DNA of 28,804 nt from Nitrospirota bacterium. Its GTDB lineage: Bacteria; Nitrospirota; Nitrospiria; Nitrospirales; Nitrospiraceae. Position numbers and translations under genes: made by a program. The DNA lies in NCBI GenBank assembly GCA_031413335.1, contig JANOEZ010000010.1:1-28804 (forward strand), in the 5' to 3' direction. Position 1 is the stretch's first letter; each line of letters starts with the position of its first letter. The notes under the pieces are model-generated. The model saw only the letters and a list, made by a program, of their open reading frames with translations, made no database searches and was not told the origin of the DNA. This document shows, one piece after another, positions 10,032-18,916 of the stretch.

Positions 10032-11723
10032 CTACGAGCTGGCCGTCAGCACGCGATTGCGACCGTTGTTCTTGGCCCGGTAGAGCGCGGCATCGGCGTT
10101 GGCAAGCAGGGGGTCGGCGGTACGTCCGGACTCCGGAAACGTCGCGACGCCCAGGCTGGCGGTGACGGCCTTCCGTTTGTTGGCCGGATCCTCCGTTTCC
10201 GTCTCGATTCGATGACGGATACGCTCGGCAACCTCCACGGCTCCCTTTTGATCCTGGTCGGGCAGCAGGATCAAAAACTCCTCCCCCCCGTACCGCGCGG
10301 CGAAGTCGTTGGTACGTAGCGACGATTTCAAGATCTCTCCGACTTTCTTCAATAAGGCATCGCCCGCAGGATGACCGTACGAGTCGTTGTATTTCTTGAA
10401 ATGGTCCACATCCACCATCGTGATGGAGAAGGAGCGTCCGTGCCGCCCATGCCGCGCGATTTCCGCGTTGAGCGCATCCAGCATGCGGCGGCGGTTGTGG
10501 AGGCCCGTCAGGGGGTCCGTCGAGGAGATCGTTTCCAGCGACTGGTTCCGCTCGTTGAGCGCGAGGTTCACGGCCGTCAGTTCCTGCTGTGCCTCACGAA
10601 GATAGGAGACCATCGTGTTGAACATGGTCGCCAGGCGTCCGATTTCACGCGGCGGATCGGACGCGATGGCCACCGACAGATCCCCGCCCGCCACCCGGGC
10701 CGCCCCGTCCGTCAGGCGGGTCAGGGGGCCGATGATCGTCAGCGACAGCAGATAGGCGAGCAATCCGACGCCCAGCAACAGCCAGACCGTGGAGACCAGG
10801 GCCACGTTGCGAATCGCCACCAGCGCGCGATAGGCGTCCTCATAATTTTTTTCCGCCACGACACCCCACCCCAGCCGGGGCACCTGCTGCATCACCGCCA
10901 GGACCTCAAGGTCCTCGTAGGTCATCCGGTGGAGCTCGCCGGTTTCTCCTCCGAAGAATGTGCGCGTGGCATCTTCCGGGAGCCTGGTCGTGAGCACCGG
11001 TTTCGGCTCGAGCAGGGAACTGAGCACGCGCGTCCCATCGGCCTTCACGATATAGAGATGCCGCGTCTGTCCCTGGGCCCACTGACGCAGCACGGCTTCC
11101 ATCGAGCCGAAGTTGAGCGTCGTGGCCAACACGCCCAGGAAACGGCCATTGGCGGTTTTCAACGGAACGGCCACGGTCATGACGGTTTTGCCGAGGCTGT
11201 CGTCCCAGCGCACGCCGGTCAGGATCGGCTGATCGAGCCTGGCCTGCTTTTGCCAGTCCGGCGGGAGCGAGACGCGGGCCGTCTGCTTGGCGCTGGCCAC
11301 GATCACGGCACCGGTCATATCGAGGACGAACAGGTCTTCGTAATCCGAAAATTTGTTTTGGACCGATTTGAGGTAGTCCTGGGAGCGGCGCAGGACCTGG
11401 GCGCGCGTGCCGCTTCCCCGCAGCGCCTTCTCCACGTTTTCGGACAGCTCATAGGAACCCGAGAACACCCGCAATTCGTACAGGCGTTCCTTGAGCCAGA
11501 GATCGAATTCGCGCGCAATGTTGATGGACGCGCCCCGGAGCTCCTCGTGAATTTTTCCGGTCAGGGCGGTTTTGTTCTGGCTGTAGAGCAACCAGCCCGT
11601 GGTGCCTGTCGGGATGAGCGTGGCGAGCACGGCCAGGGCCAGGATGCGTCGCTTGACCGTGTCGAGGCGGAATGCTTGAAGAACGGCGCCGAGGATCTGT
11701 TCCAGAAGTCGCAAGAGAGCCAC
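10032..11723 (-). CDS. Membrane-bound diguanylate cyclase (dCache-like sensor, HAMP, GGDEF)
   Basis: Two TM segments flank a periplasmic region, followed by HAMP (IIGPLTRL..GAARVAGGDLS..EIGRLATMFNTM). The catalytic domain has DPLTGLHNRR, DVDHFKKYNDSYGHPAGD, an RTND I-site and ARYGGEEF. Confidence 0.95.
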   Translation of the reverse strand: MALLRLLEQILGAVLQAFRLDTVKRRILALAVLATLIPTGTTGWLLYSQNKTALTGKIHEELRGASINIAREFDLWLKERLYELRVFSGSYELSENVEKALRGSGTRAQVLRRSQDYLKSVQNKFSDYEDLFVLDMTGAVIVASAKQTARVSLPPDWQKQARLDQPILTGVRWDDSLGKTVMTVAVPLKTANGRFLGVLATTLNFGSMEAVLRQWAQGQTRHLYIVKADGTRVLSSLLEPKPVLTTRLPEDATRTFFGGETGELHRMTYEDLEVLAVMQQVPRLGWGVVAEKNYEDAYRALVAIRNVALVSTVWLLLGVGLLAYLLSLTIIGPLTRLTDGAARVAGGDLSVAIASDPPREIGRLATMFNTMVSYLREAQQELTAVNLALNERNQSLETISSTDPLTGLHNRRRMLDALNAEIARHGRHGRSFSITMVDVDHFKKYNDSYGHPAGDALLKKVGEILKSSLRTNDFAARYGGEEFLILLPDQDQKGAVEVAERIRHRIETETEDPANKRKAVTASLGVATFPESGRTADPLLANADAALYRAKNNGRNRVLTASS

Positions 11724-11845
11724 CCCTTTTGTCGGCCGATCTCCGGAGCCACTATAGCATAAGCACCCTGTGTTGTCTCAGCGCGTGGCGCGCGGAGAAG
11801 CCGATGGCGGTTGAACGACGGCGGAGCCCCGTGCGATCATGTCGC

Positions 11846-13321
11846 ATGCCGACACTGCATAAGTTGGAAGAGCTTCCCCTCGACAACACCTACGCGCGGT
11901 TGCCGGAGGCGTTCTACGCCAGGGTCGAGCCGACGCCGCTGCCGAATCCTCATCTCGTGAGCTTCAATCCGGACGCGGCCGCGCTGCTGGACCTGGATCC
12001 GGACGAGGCCAAACGGCCGGAGTTCGCCGGCGTGTTCGGCGGGCAGTTGCTCATCCCCGGCAGCGAGCCGATCGCGATGCTCTATTCGGGGCATCAGTTC
12101 GGTATCTACGCGGGGCAGCTGGGGGACGGACGGGCGATCTTATTGGGCGAAGTGCGCAACAGTCGCGGAGAGCAGTGGGACCTGCATCTGAAAGGCGCGG
12201 GGCAGACGCCGTTTTCACGCGATGGCGACGGCCGCGCCGTGTTGCGCTCCGCGATTCGGGAATATCTCTGCGGGGAAGCCATGCACGGGTTGGGTATTCC
12301 GACGACCCGCTCGCTCTGCATCGTCGCCGGGGATGAGGCAGTCCTGCGTGAACGTCCGGAAGTCGGCGCGATGCTGTTGCGGATGGCCCCCACGCACGTG
12401 CGGTTCGGCTCCTTTCAGGCGTTCTTTGCCCGCCGGCAGCCGGAGTACGTTACGCAGCTCGCCGACTACGTGATCGCCCGGTTCTACACGCATCTGGCCG
12501 CGGCCGGCGACCGGTATCCGCGATTCTTTCAGGAGGTCGCGGTCCGCACCGCGCAGTTGATCGCGAAGTGGCAGGCGGTCGGCTGGGCGCACGGCGTCAT
12601 GAACAGCGACAACATGTCCATCGTCGGGCTCACCCTCGACTACGGACCCTACGGGTTTCTCGATGCCTACGATCCATCGTTCATCTGCAACCACTCAGAC
12701 CATCACGGACGGTACTCGTTCCGAAACCAGCCGGACATCGGCTATTTCAACCTGCGCTGCCTCGGCCAGGCGCTGTCGTCTCTGGTCACGTCGCAGCAGG
12801 AACAGGAGGCGCTGGCGGCCTACGAAGCCGTCTTCGCATCGCATTATCAGGAGTTGATGCGGGGCAAGCTGGGATTGCAAAAATCGACATCGGAGGACGG
12901 CGCGCTGATCCGCGATCTGCTCGCATTGATGGCGATGAACCAGGCGGACTACACGAACTGCTTTCGCGCGCTGGGGAAATTCACGAGCGGCGAGACAGAC
13001 AGGAATGAGGCGTTGCGGGACTTCTTCGTGGATCGCGACGGGTTCGACCGCTGGGCCGCACGATACCGGGAACGGCTGAGGGCGGAGACCGGCCACGACG
13101 AGGATCGCCGGCTGCGCATGAACCGCGTCAATCCCAAGTACATTCTCCGCAACTATCTGGCGCAGACGGCCATCGAGCGGGCCCAACAGAAAGACTATTC
13201 GGAAATCGACCGCCTTCGACGATTGCTCACAGATCCCTTTGCAGAGCAGGCGGACATGGATGCCTATGCCGCCCCGCCACCCGACTGGGGCCGGCAGATC
13301 CTCGTGAGCTGTTCCTCCTAA
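11846..13321 (+). CDS. selO: Protein adenylyltransferase SelO (YdiU)
   Basis: YSGHQFG, GQLGDGR, LKGAGQTPFSRDGDGRAVLRS, HGVMNSDNMSI, DYGPYGF, NPKYILRNYL and C-terminal VSCSS. Start placed at ATG 11846 by homology length. Confidence 0.96.
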   Translation: MPTLHKLEELPLDNTYARLPEAFYARVEPTPLPNPHLVSFNPDAAALLDLDPDEAKRPEFAGVFGGQLLIPGSEPIAMLYSGHQFGIYAGQLGDGRAILLGEVRNSRGEQWDLHLKGAGQTPFSRDGDGRAVLRSAIREYLCGEAMHGLGIPTTRSLCIVAGDEAVLRERPEVGAMLLRMAPTHVRFGSFQAFFARRQPEYVTQLADYVIARFYTHLAAAGDRYPRFFQEVAVRTAQLIAKWQAVGWAHGVMNSDNMSIVGLTLDYGPYGFLDAYDPSFICNHSDHHGRYSFRNQPDIGYFNLRCLGQALSSLVTSQQEQEALAAYEAVFASHYQELMRGKLGLQKSTSEDGALIRDLLALMAMNQADYTNCFRALGKFTSGETDRNEALRDFFVDRDGFDRWAARYRERLRAETGHDEDRRLRMNRVNPKYILRNYLAQTAIERAQQKDYSEIDRLRRLLTDPFAEQADMDAYAAPPPDWGRQILVSCSS

Positions 13322-13356
13322 AACAGATTCGTCCGATGTGCAATAATTCTGATCTT

Positions 13357-13384
13357 TGGCGCCTATGCACTCGCATAGGCGCCA
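13357..13384. repeat. Perfect 12-bp inverted repeat with 4-nt loop
   Basis: TGGCGCCTATGC-ACTC-GCATAGGCGCCA; no U-tract follows on either strand. Confidence 0.85.
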
Positions 13385-13404
13385 TATAAAAGACCACTGA
13401 CTAA

Positions 13405-13451
13405 AACAAACCTGCCCCCTGGCTCCTGAAGTGCCAGGGGGCAGGTTTGTT
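13405..13451 (-). terminator. Intrinsic terminator, probably bidirectional, between selO and the TPR gene
   Basis: Perfect 19-bp inverted repeat AACAAACCTGCCCCCTGGC-N9-GCCAGGGGGCAGGTTTGTT. The GC stem is followed by TTTGTTTT on the minus strand and TTTGTT on the plus strand. Confidence 0.8.
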
Positions 13452-13490
13452 CATGGCTGCAAACCCGATGAAGTGGACGTAATAGCGTAA

Positions 13491-14738
13491 TTACGGTTTC
13501 TTCGGAGAAGTGTTCTTTGCCGAAGCCGAGAGTTCCTTCGCGAGCGCCTGCGCATCCTCGCGTGGATTTCCCTTAAGAAGACCGAGCGCCTTGCTCGCGT
13601 CCGGCGGCACGCCGAGGCCCCGCGCATGGATGCGGGCCAGGATGAGGCGCGGATAGGGTAGTCCTTCATCACCGGCGGTTTTGAAGTACTCGAAAATCCG
13701 TCGGTCGTGAGAAGCCAGCTGGCCTTCCACGCCGCTGGCATAGAGAGTCTCCAATTGCGCCTGCGCCTGTTCGCTCAAGGCAGCCGCTTCATGGAGGAGC
13801 ACCGGCACGGCCTCCCGGACGCGCCCCGCCTGCAGAAGCCCCACACCGACACTCTCGTCCGGAGCCCGTCCCTTGAGATTGGACACCTGTTGCCAGAGCG
13901 AACGGCGGAATGCTGCGAAGGCGTCTTGTACGACGCGGGCTTCGCCGACCGACCGCTTGTCCGTCGGCAGGGTCATCTTTCGCAACTGGGCGAGCGCGTC
14001 CTTGGCCTGCGGGACTTCCTGATCGGCGGCGAGGAACCACCAGGAAATGGCGGCGGCCAGATTCCGCTCCACGCCTGTGCCGGAGGCCGAGGCGACCCCC
14101 GCATGGTATTGCGCCTGGGGCACGCCGGCCTGAGCGGCGGCCAGAAATTCTTTTGTGGACTCACTATCCTGTTTGTTCTGTTTGAGGGCCAGTCCCAGGT
14201 GGTAATGCGCCTCCGCATGGTCTGGTCTCAGCCGTAATGCTTCCCGGTAGGATTCGATGGCCCCGCGCCGATCGCCCAGCCGGTCCCGAACCAGGCCGAG
14301 GTTATAGTGCGCCGGCACCGAGTCCGGTTGCAGGCTCACGGCGGTCTGCAGGGCGGTTTGCGCGCCCGCCCAGTCGTGCGTGACCATCAAGGCCGTACCC
14401 AGGCTGAGATGCCCGTGGGCCAGGTCCGGCTGCTGACGGATGACCGTGCGGTAGGCGTCGATCGCGCTGTCGATGTCGCCGCTGAGATAGAGCGCGGTTC
14501 CGAGGCTGAAGCGGGCCTGGACAAGACCCGGCTGCAGGCGCAACGCCTCCCGAAATTCCGCCTTGGCGCCCAGCAGATCGCCCGACGACAACAACCCGAC
14601 GCCTTGCGAGTAATGCAGGTGCGCGGGCTCGCGGCCGGACGATTGGCTGGACGGCGTGTCGGCACCGAGCGCAGGGACAGGCTCAAGGCCGAACGCGACC
14701 CCCGACAAGACAACGAGCACGGCCATCATCCTATTCAT
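13491..14738 (-). CDS. Secreted TPR/Sel1-like repeat protein
   Basis: Signal-like N-terminus from ATG 14738 (SD AAAGGA). Several TPRs (ARFSLGTALY, AHYNLGLV, AHYHLGLAL) are followed by Sel1-like units (AQYHAG...GVERNLAAAISWW..AA; LARIHARGLGV). Confidence 0.88.
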   Translation of the reverse strand: MNRMMAVLVVLSGVAFGLEPVPALGADTPSSQSSGREPAHLHYSQGVGLLSSGDLLGAKAEFREALRLQPGLVQARFSLGTALYLSGDIDSAIDAYRTVIRQQPDLAHGHLSLGTALMVTHDWAGAQTALQTAVSLQPDSVPAHYNLGLVRDRLGDRRGAIESYREALRLRPDHAEAHYHLGLALKQNKQDSESTKEFLAAAQAGVPQAQYHAGVASASGTGVERNLAAAISWWFLAADQEVPQAKDALAQLRKMTLPTDKRSVGEARVVQDAFAAFRRSLWQQVSNLKGRAPDESVGVGLLQAGRVREAVPVLLHEAAALSEQAQAQLETLYASGVEGQLASHDRRIFEYFKTAGDEGLPYPRLILARIHARGLGVPPDASKALGLLKGNPREDAQALAKELSASAKNTSPKKP

Positions 14739-14810
14739 GAGGATCCTTTCTTCACGGAAGTATGCGGCGGAGGGGGAGTATAGCATTCGGCGAAAAAAGA
14801 AACACGGGCG

Positions 14811-15593
14811 TTACAGGGAAAATTCCGCCCAGAGAAAGGTGTGATCCGACGAATTGGGCTGTCTGCGCGGTTCGACATCCACGTCTGCCGCGACGCATTG
14901 CTCCGCCAGCGGTGCGGTCGCCATGATGTGGTCGATGCGCCAGCCCTTGTTGGCTTCCAGCGAACTTGGCGCGCGGTAATCCCAGAAGGTAAACTGCTGC
15001 TTGTCCGGATAGAGCTTGCGGTACACGTCCACGAACCCCCACGCCACGATGTTGTGGTAGGCCTTGCGCACGTCGGTGTGAAAGCAGACATGGCGCAGAT
15101 GCTTGTCCGGGCTGTGGACGTCGATCGGCTCCGGCGCCACGTTCATGTCACCGCACCAGATCGCCGGCTTCTTGGGCGAGAGGTGCTGGTCGAAATACTT
15201 TCCGAGCCGCTTGTACCATTGCAGCTTGTACTGGTATTTCGGTGAATCGATTTCGAATCCCTGTGGGATGTAGGTGTTGACGATCGGAATCCCACGGATC
15301 ACGGCGCGGATCAGCCGTGGCTCGTCCGGGTCGCCGTTGCCGACGTCCAGTCCGTAGGCGACGGAGGCGGGCTTCTCGCGACTGAAGATGGCCACGCCGT
15401 TGTAGGCTTTCATCCCGCGGAACGTGATGTGGTAGCCGGACGGCTCGAGCGCAAGCAGCGGAAAGTCCTCGTCCTGGACCTTGGTTTCCTGCACGCAGAG
15501 GACATCGGGCCTGTGCGTCTCGAGCCATCCCAGGACGGTGTCGATCCGCTTGCGGATCGAGTTCACGTTGTAGGTGGCGATCTTGAATGTCAC
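14811..15593 (-). CDS. xth: Exodeoxyribonuclease III (AP endonuclease)
   Basis: KIATYNVNS, DVLCVQETK, YNGVAIFS, GDMNVA, FTFWDYR, GWRIDHI and SDH. GTG at 15593 after GGAGAG. Confidence 0.96.
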   Translation of the reverse strand: MTFKIATYNVNSIRKRIDTVLGWLETHRPDVLCVQETKVQDEDFPLLALEPSGYHITFRGMKAYNGVAIFSREKPASVAYGLDVGNGDPDEPRLIRAVIRGIPIVNTYIPQGFEIDSPKYQYKLQWYKRLGKYFDQHLSPKKPAIWCGDMNVAPEPIDVHSPDKHLRHVCFHTDVRKAYHNIVAWGFVDVYRKLYPDKQQFTFWDYRAPSSLEANKGWRIDHIMATAPLAEQCVAADVDVEPRRQPNSSDHTFLWAEFSL

Positions 15594-15694
15594 GCGGCGG
15601 CTCTCTCCGGTCGATGCGCGAGGAGTATAGCAGGCGAAAAAACATCTGTCTCGCTCGCCTTTCTGCGCAGCACTTAGGTAGAATGACGCCCCGT

Positions 15695-16192
15695 ATGGCC
15701 GCCGAAGACATATCAGAAAACTCGGCACTCCGGTGCCCTGAGTGCCGGAAGGAATCGGTGCACCGGGTGCCGTGTCTCTCGTTGAGCGAGCAGCTCCAGG
15801 GCCTGCTGTTCGTCTCGCCTTTCCGATGCCAGCCCTGCGGTCACCGGTTCCTGGCCTTCCGGCTGGGGCGGCACTACCCTCCGGTCTCGGAACGACGGAC
15901 GCACGAACGGGTTCCGGTCCGGCTGTCCCTGGCTTTCTCGGGCGGCCGGATCAAGGGCGAGGGGACGCTCATCAATGTCTCACTGGGCGGGTGCCTGATC
16001 GAGACGACGGCGCCGGTGAAAGTGGACGATATTTTTCACTTGAAATTATTTGTGAACGAGCAGGAACCAGCCATCGAAGTGGCCGCGATGGTCCGCTCGA
16101 TCGGCGCCAAGGGGGTCGGCATGAAGTTTCTGCGCTCGGCCCGCGAGGACCGTCGGCTGGTCGCCTATCTCCGGTCGCAGGGCATCGAATAG
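15695..16192 (+). CDS. PilZ-domain protein with N-terminal zinc-ribbon (CxxC...CxxC)
   Basis: CPEC and CQPC precede the PilZ motifs ERRTHER (RxxxR) and NVSLGG (D/NxSxxG). An alternative ATG lies at 15683. Confidence 0.88.
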   Translation: MAAEDISENSALRCPECRKESVHRVPCLSLSEQLQGLLFVSPFRCQPCGHRFLAFRLGRHYPPVSERRTHERVPVRLSLAFSGGRIKGEGTLINVSLGGCLIETTAPVKVDDIFHLKLFVNEQEPAIEVAAMVRSIGAKGVGMKFLRSAREDRRLVAYLRSQGIE

Positions 16193-16198
16193 ACTCGC

Positions 16199-16453
16199 AT
16201 GACGGAACGCGCGCTGCAGCTGAAACAGAGTGCGACGATCGCCCGGTCGGTCGGAGTAGTGGCGATCGCGCTCGGATTCATCCTGGGGATGCAGGGGCTG
16301 GACCAGCCGGAATCGGGCTGGTTGCAGACCGCACAGGGACTGATCGTGACCGGCCTGCTCGCGCAGGGCTATGCGCTCTGGTGTACCGTCCGGTGGAAAC
16401 ACGAGCGGACGGACGACGACGATCGGGATAAACGTGAGAGGAAAGACTCGTGA
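16199..16453 (+). CDS. Small two-TM membrane protein
   Basis: 84 aa with two hydrophobic helices and a charged tail. It sits in operon position between the PilZ gene and the MscS gene (GTGA overlap). Confidence 0.75.
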   Translation: MTERALQLKQSATIARSVGVVAIALGFILGMQGLDQPESGWLQTAQGLIVTGLLAQGYALWCTVRWKHERTDDDDRDKRERKDS

Positions 16454-17298
16454 CGCAGGCTCTGCTTGACGAATGGCTGCCGTTTTTCAGGGAGGTGACG
16501 CCGCATGCGCTGGCCGCGCTGACGCTGCTGGCCGTTGTGGTGGTCCTGCGGTTTATCTTATTACGCGCGATCGTCGAGCGGGAGAGCGTGCCGCTGGATG
16601 TGCGGCGGCGGCTCGTCGTGCAAATTCGCAACGTCCTGGGCTTCATCTTCGTCCTCGGGCTGTTTTTTATCCTGGCCAATGAGTTGAGGGCCTTCGCCGT
16701 CTCGTTGGTGGCGATTGCCGTCGCCGTCGTGCTGGCGACCAAGGAACTGATTCTTTGCCTCAGCGGCACGGCGCTGCGCATCGGCGCCAACGCGTATACC
16801 ATCGGCGACCGGATTGAGATCAACGGCGTGCGCGGCAACGTCATCGACCAGACCTTCCTGGCCACGACGATTTTAGAAATCGGCCCCGGCCACGTGACGT
16901 CCCAGTACTCCGGCCGCGCCATCGTGTTCCCCAACAGCCTGCTGCTGGCCCATCCGTTGATCAACGAAACGTACATGAAGGAATATATCGTCCACACCAT
17001 GACGATCCCGTTGGCCGTGATGGACGATTGGCAGGCGGCGGAAAAAATTCTGCTGAGCATCGCCGACGAAGCCTGCCAGCCGTTCCTTGATAAGGCCGCC
17101 CGGCATATGAAGGAGTTGGAAGGAAAAAACTGGATGGATGTGCCGTCGGTCAAGCCGAGGGTATCGATCCAGATTCCAGAACCGGGACGGGTGAATCTCC
17201 TGTTGAGGATTCCCACGCCGGCGCACCGCACCTCGCGCCTGGAACAGGTGATCCTGCGCCGGTTTCTGCTGGCCTTCCGGGGATCGGGGCGCACGTAA
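16450..17298 (+). CDS. Small-conductance mechanosensitive channel (MscS family)
   Basis: Three N-terminal TM helices, then YTIGDRIEINGVRGNVID and IVFPNSLL (MscS beta domain). Confidence 0.9.
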   Translation: MTQALLDEWLPFFREVTPHALAALTLLAVVVVLRFILLRAIVERESVPLDVRRRLVVQIRNVLGFIFVLGLFFILANELRAFAVSLVAIAVAVVLATKELILCLSGTALRIGANAYTIGDRIEINGVRGNVIDQTFLATTILEIGPGHVTSQYSGRAIVFPNSLLLAHPLINETYMKEYIVHTMTIPLAVMDDWQAAEKILLSIADEACQPFLDKAARHMKELEGKNWMDVPSVKPRVSIQIPEPGRVNLLLRIPTPAHRTSRLEQVILRRFLLAFRGSGRT

Positions 17299-17336
17299 TC
17301 CCGCGCCGGTTGCACGCCGGCGCTCTGCTTCCACCC

Positions 17337-17666
17337 TCAGCGTGTGGAGCCGCGCAGCTCGATCCCGAAGCGGGGCGGGGCGATGGCTTCACTGTGGCAG
17401 GCCGGGCAGCGGCCGGGCGTCGCCAGGCGGGTGCGATCCCGGAACACGAAGCCGCAGTCGTGGCATCGCGACGGCTCGAGCAGGAACCGTCGGGTCTTAT
17501 CCTTCGCCAGCGATCGGACCACATGGGCCAGGTGCTCCTCGATCTGTCGTTCCGGCGCGCCGATTAATGCAGCCAGATCTTGAGATGAATGCTGCGTGCC
17601 GGTGAGCAGCTGCATCAATTGCTGGCGGACGGTCAGGGGTGGTGCGGGGATCGGCTCGTCTGGCAT
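17337..17666 (-). CDS. HTH plus zinc-ribbon predicted transcriptional regulator (COG3357-like)
   Basis: TVRQQLMQLL..SSQDLA...ERQIEEHLAHV followed by EPSRCHDCGFVF and PGRCPACHSEAIAPPRF. Confidence 0.85.
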   Translation of the reverse strand: MPDEPIPAPPLTVRQQLMQLLTGTQHSSQDLAALIGAPERQIEEHLAHVVRSLAKDKTRRFLLEPSRCHDCGFVFRDRTRLATPGRCPACHSEAIAPPRFGIELRGSTR

Positions 17667-17690
17667 GGGGTCATAGCGTAGGCGATTCAG

Positions 17691-18407
17691 ATGGGGGACA
17701 CCAGAAGAAAAAACCGTGTCGGCGCCTGCCTACTGGCAATCTTGCTGGCCGCGCTCTGCGGCTGCCCGCAGCCTTCCTGGGAAGAGGCCATGGCGGCCGG
17801 ACAGCAGGCCTCTGCGCAGGGCCGCTACGGCGACGCCGAACGGATTTTTTCCGCCGCCGTCGTGAAAGCGGAGTCATTCGGGCCGGAGGATCTTCGTGTT
17901 GCGCAGGCGCTCAGCGGTTTGGCGCAGGCCTATGCGGCCCGGAACAAGCATGCCGAGGCGGAGCCGGCCTATCTTCGGGCCCTGAAGATTTACCAGGTGG
18001 TCTACGGAGAAACGCATGCGGACGTGGCCGCCACGCTCAACAATCTTGGCGTGCTATACCGCCGGCACGGCCAGTATGCCGATGCGGAACCGCTGCTCGT
18101 CCGGGCTGTCGCCATCAAGGAACAGGTCTTTGGTCCGGACCATCTGGAGCTGGCGCTCACGCTGAAAAATCTCGCGCAGCTCTATGCGAGCCAGGGGCAG
18201 TTCGCCCAAGCGGAGCCGTTCATGAGGCGGATTGTAACGATCCGTGAAAAGGCCCAAGGCGCCGCCCATCGGGACGTGGCCAACAGCCTCGACGAGCAGG
18301 CCATGCTGCTGCGCCAGATGAAGCGGGAAAAGGAAGCCGAGCCGCTTGAAATTCGCGCGCAAGCCATTCGCATGAACCAGCCCCGTCCGATCCCGCCATC
18401 CAATTGA
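17691..18407 (+). CDS. TPR-repeat protein (TPR_10/12 type), probable lipoprotein
   Basis: Lipobox-like LCGC. The 42-aa repeats include HADVAATLNNLGVLY, HLELALTLKNLAQLY and HRDVANSLDEQA. Confidence 0.9.
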   Translation: MGDTRRKNRVGACLLAILLAALCGCPQPSWEEAMAAGQQASAQGRYGDAERIFSAAVVKAESFGPEDLRVAQALSGLAQAYAARNKHAEAEPAYLRALKIYQVVYGETHADVAATLNNLGVLYRRHGQYADAEPLLVRAVAIKEQVFGPDHLELALTLKNLAQLYASQGQFAQAEPFMRRIVTIREKAQGAAHRDVANSLDEQAMLLRQMKREKEAEPLEIRAQAIRMNQPRPIPPSN

Positions 18408-18603
18408 CGCGCCAACACTCTACGTAGTTCAGCCTGTTGTTTTTTATCCACCGTTGTTCAGAGACGAACAATGTCTCGTGCCCTGCATGCCCAGCCCTTC
18501 AGCGTCACGTTTTTGGCGATTTCAAAGTCGGCGGAAATTCAACAAATCAGACAGTGGATATCTGTGAATCTGTGGATTCGTCGTCATCGTCTGAGCATCG
18601 CAT

Positions 18604-18618
18604 CGGCAGGCTTCTTGC
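18604..18618 (+). promoter_or_regulatory. Candidate sigma-54 (-24/-12) promoter
   Basis: CGGCAGG-CTTC-TTGC versus consensus TGGCACG-N4-TTGC, with exact GG-N10-GC spacing. It lies 46 nt upstream of the ATG at 18665. Confidence 0.5.
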
Positions 18619-18664
18619 GTACGGACCACTACGTAGACGATCTGGTTGATAACCCGGAGGCGAC

Positions 18665-18847
18665 ATGCTTGCAACGATGGAAGAAACTCATCTTGAGAGT
18701 GTTCCCCTCGCTCCTGAATCCACGCTCACGGGTAGAATTGAAAAAGTCTGTGAAGTCCAGGCTCTGGGCGATCAGCCTCGAAAGCTGGTCGCTGCGTTTA
18801 CCTCAGGCGACAGGGTGTTCCTTGTCTTCAAGTCCACCCACGGCTGA
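18665..18847 (+). CDS. Small hypothetical protein (60 aa; alternative ATG at 18677)
   Basis: GGAGG at 18656-18660 and a candidate sigma-54 promoter upstream. No family recognised. Confidence 0.5.
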   Translation: MLATMEETHLESVPLAPESTLTGRIEKVCEVQALGDQPRKLVAAFTSGDRVFLVFKSTHG

Positions 18848-18916
18848 TATCCGGTTGCTGAAAAATCCAGCCGGCTTGCAAGCGGTTGGCAGACGAGCTC
18901 TAATCCGGACCGCGTA

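Noticed and set aside
10371-11762. 463-aa ORF antisense to the diguanylate cyclase
   Set aside because: Antisense shadow with no recognisable domain.
13304-13321. Possible selenocysteine at the SelO C-terminus
   Set aside because: The codons read GTG AGC TGT TCC TCC TAA, i.e. Cys with a TAA stop and no in-frame TGA.
18408-18660. Riboswitch or structured ncRNA (e.g. c-di-GMP riboswitch) in the gap
   Set aside because: Only short stems were seen (e.g. GAGAC/GTCTC) and no conserved riboswitch core was recognised by eye. An Rfam search would be needed to exclude it fully.
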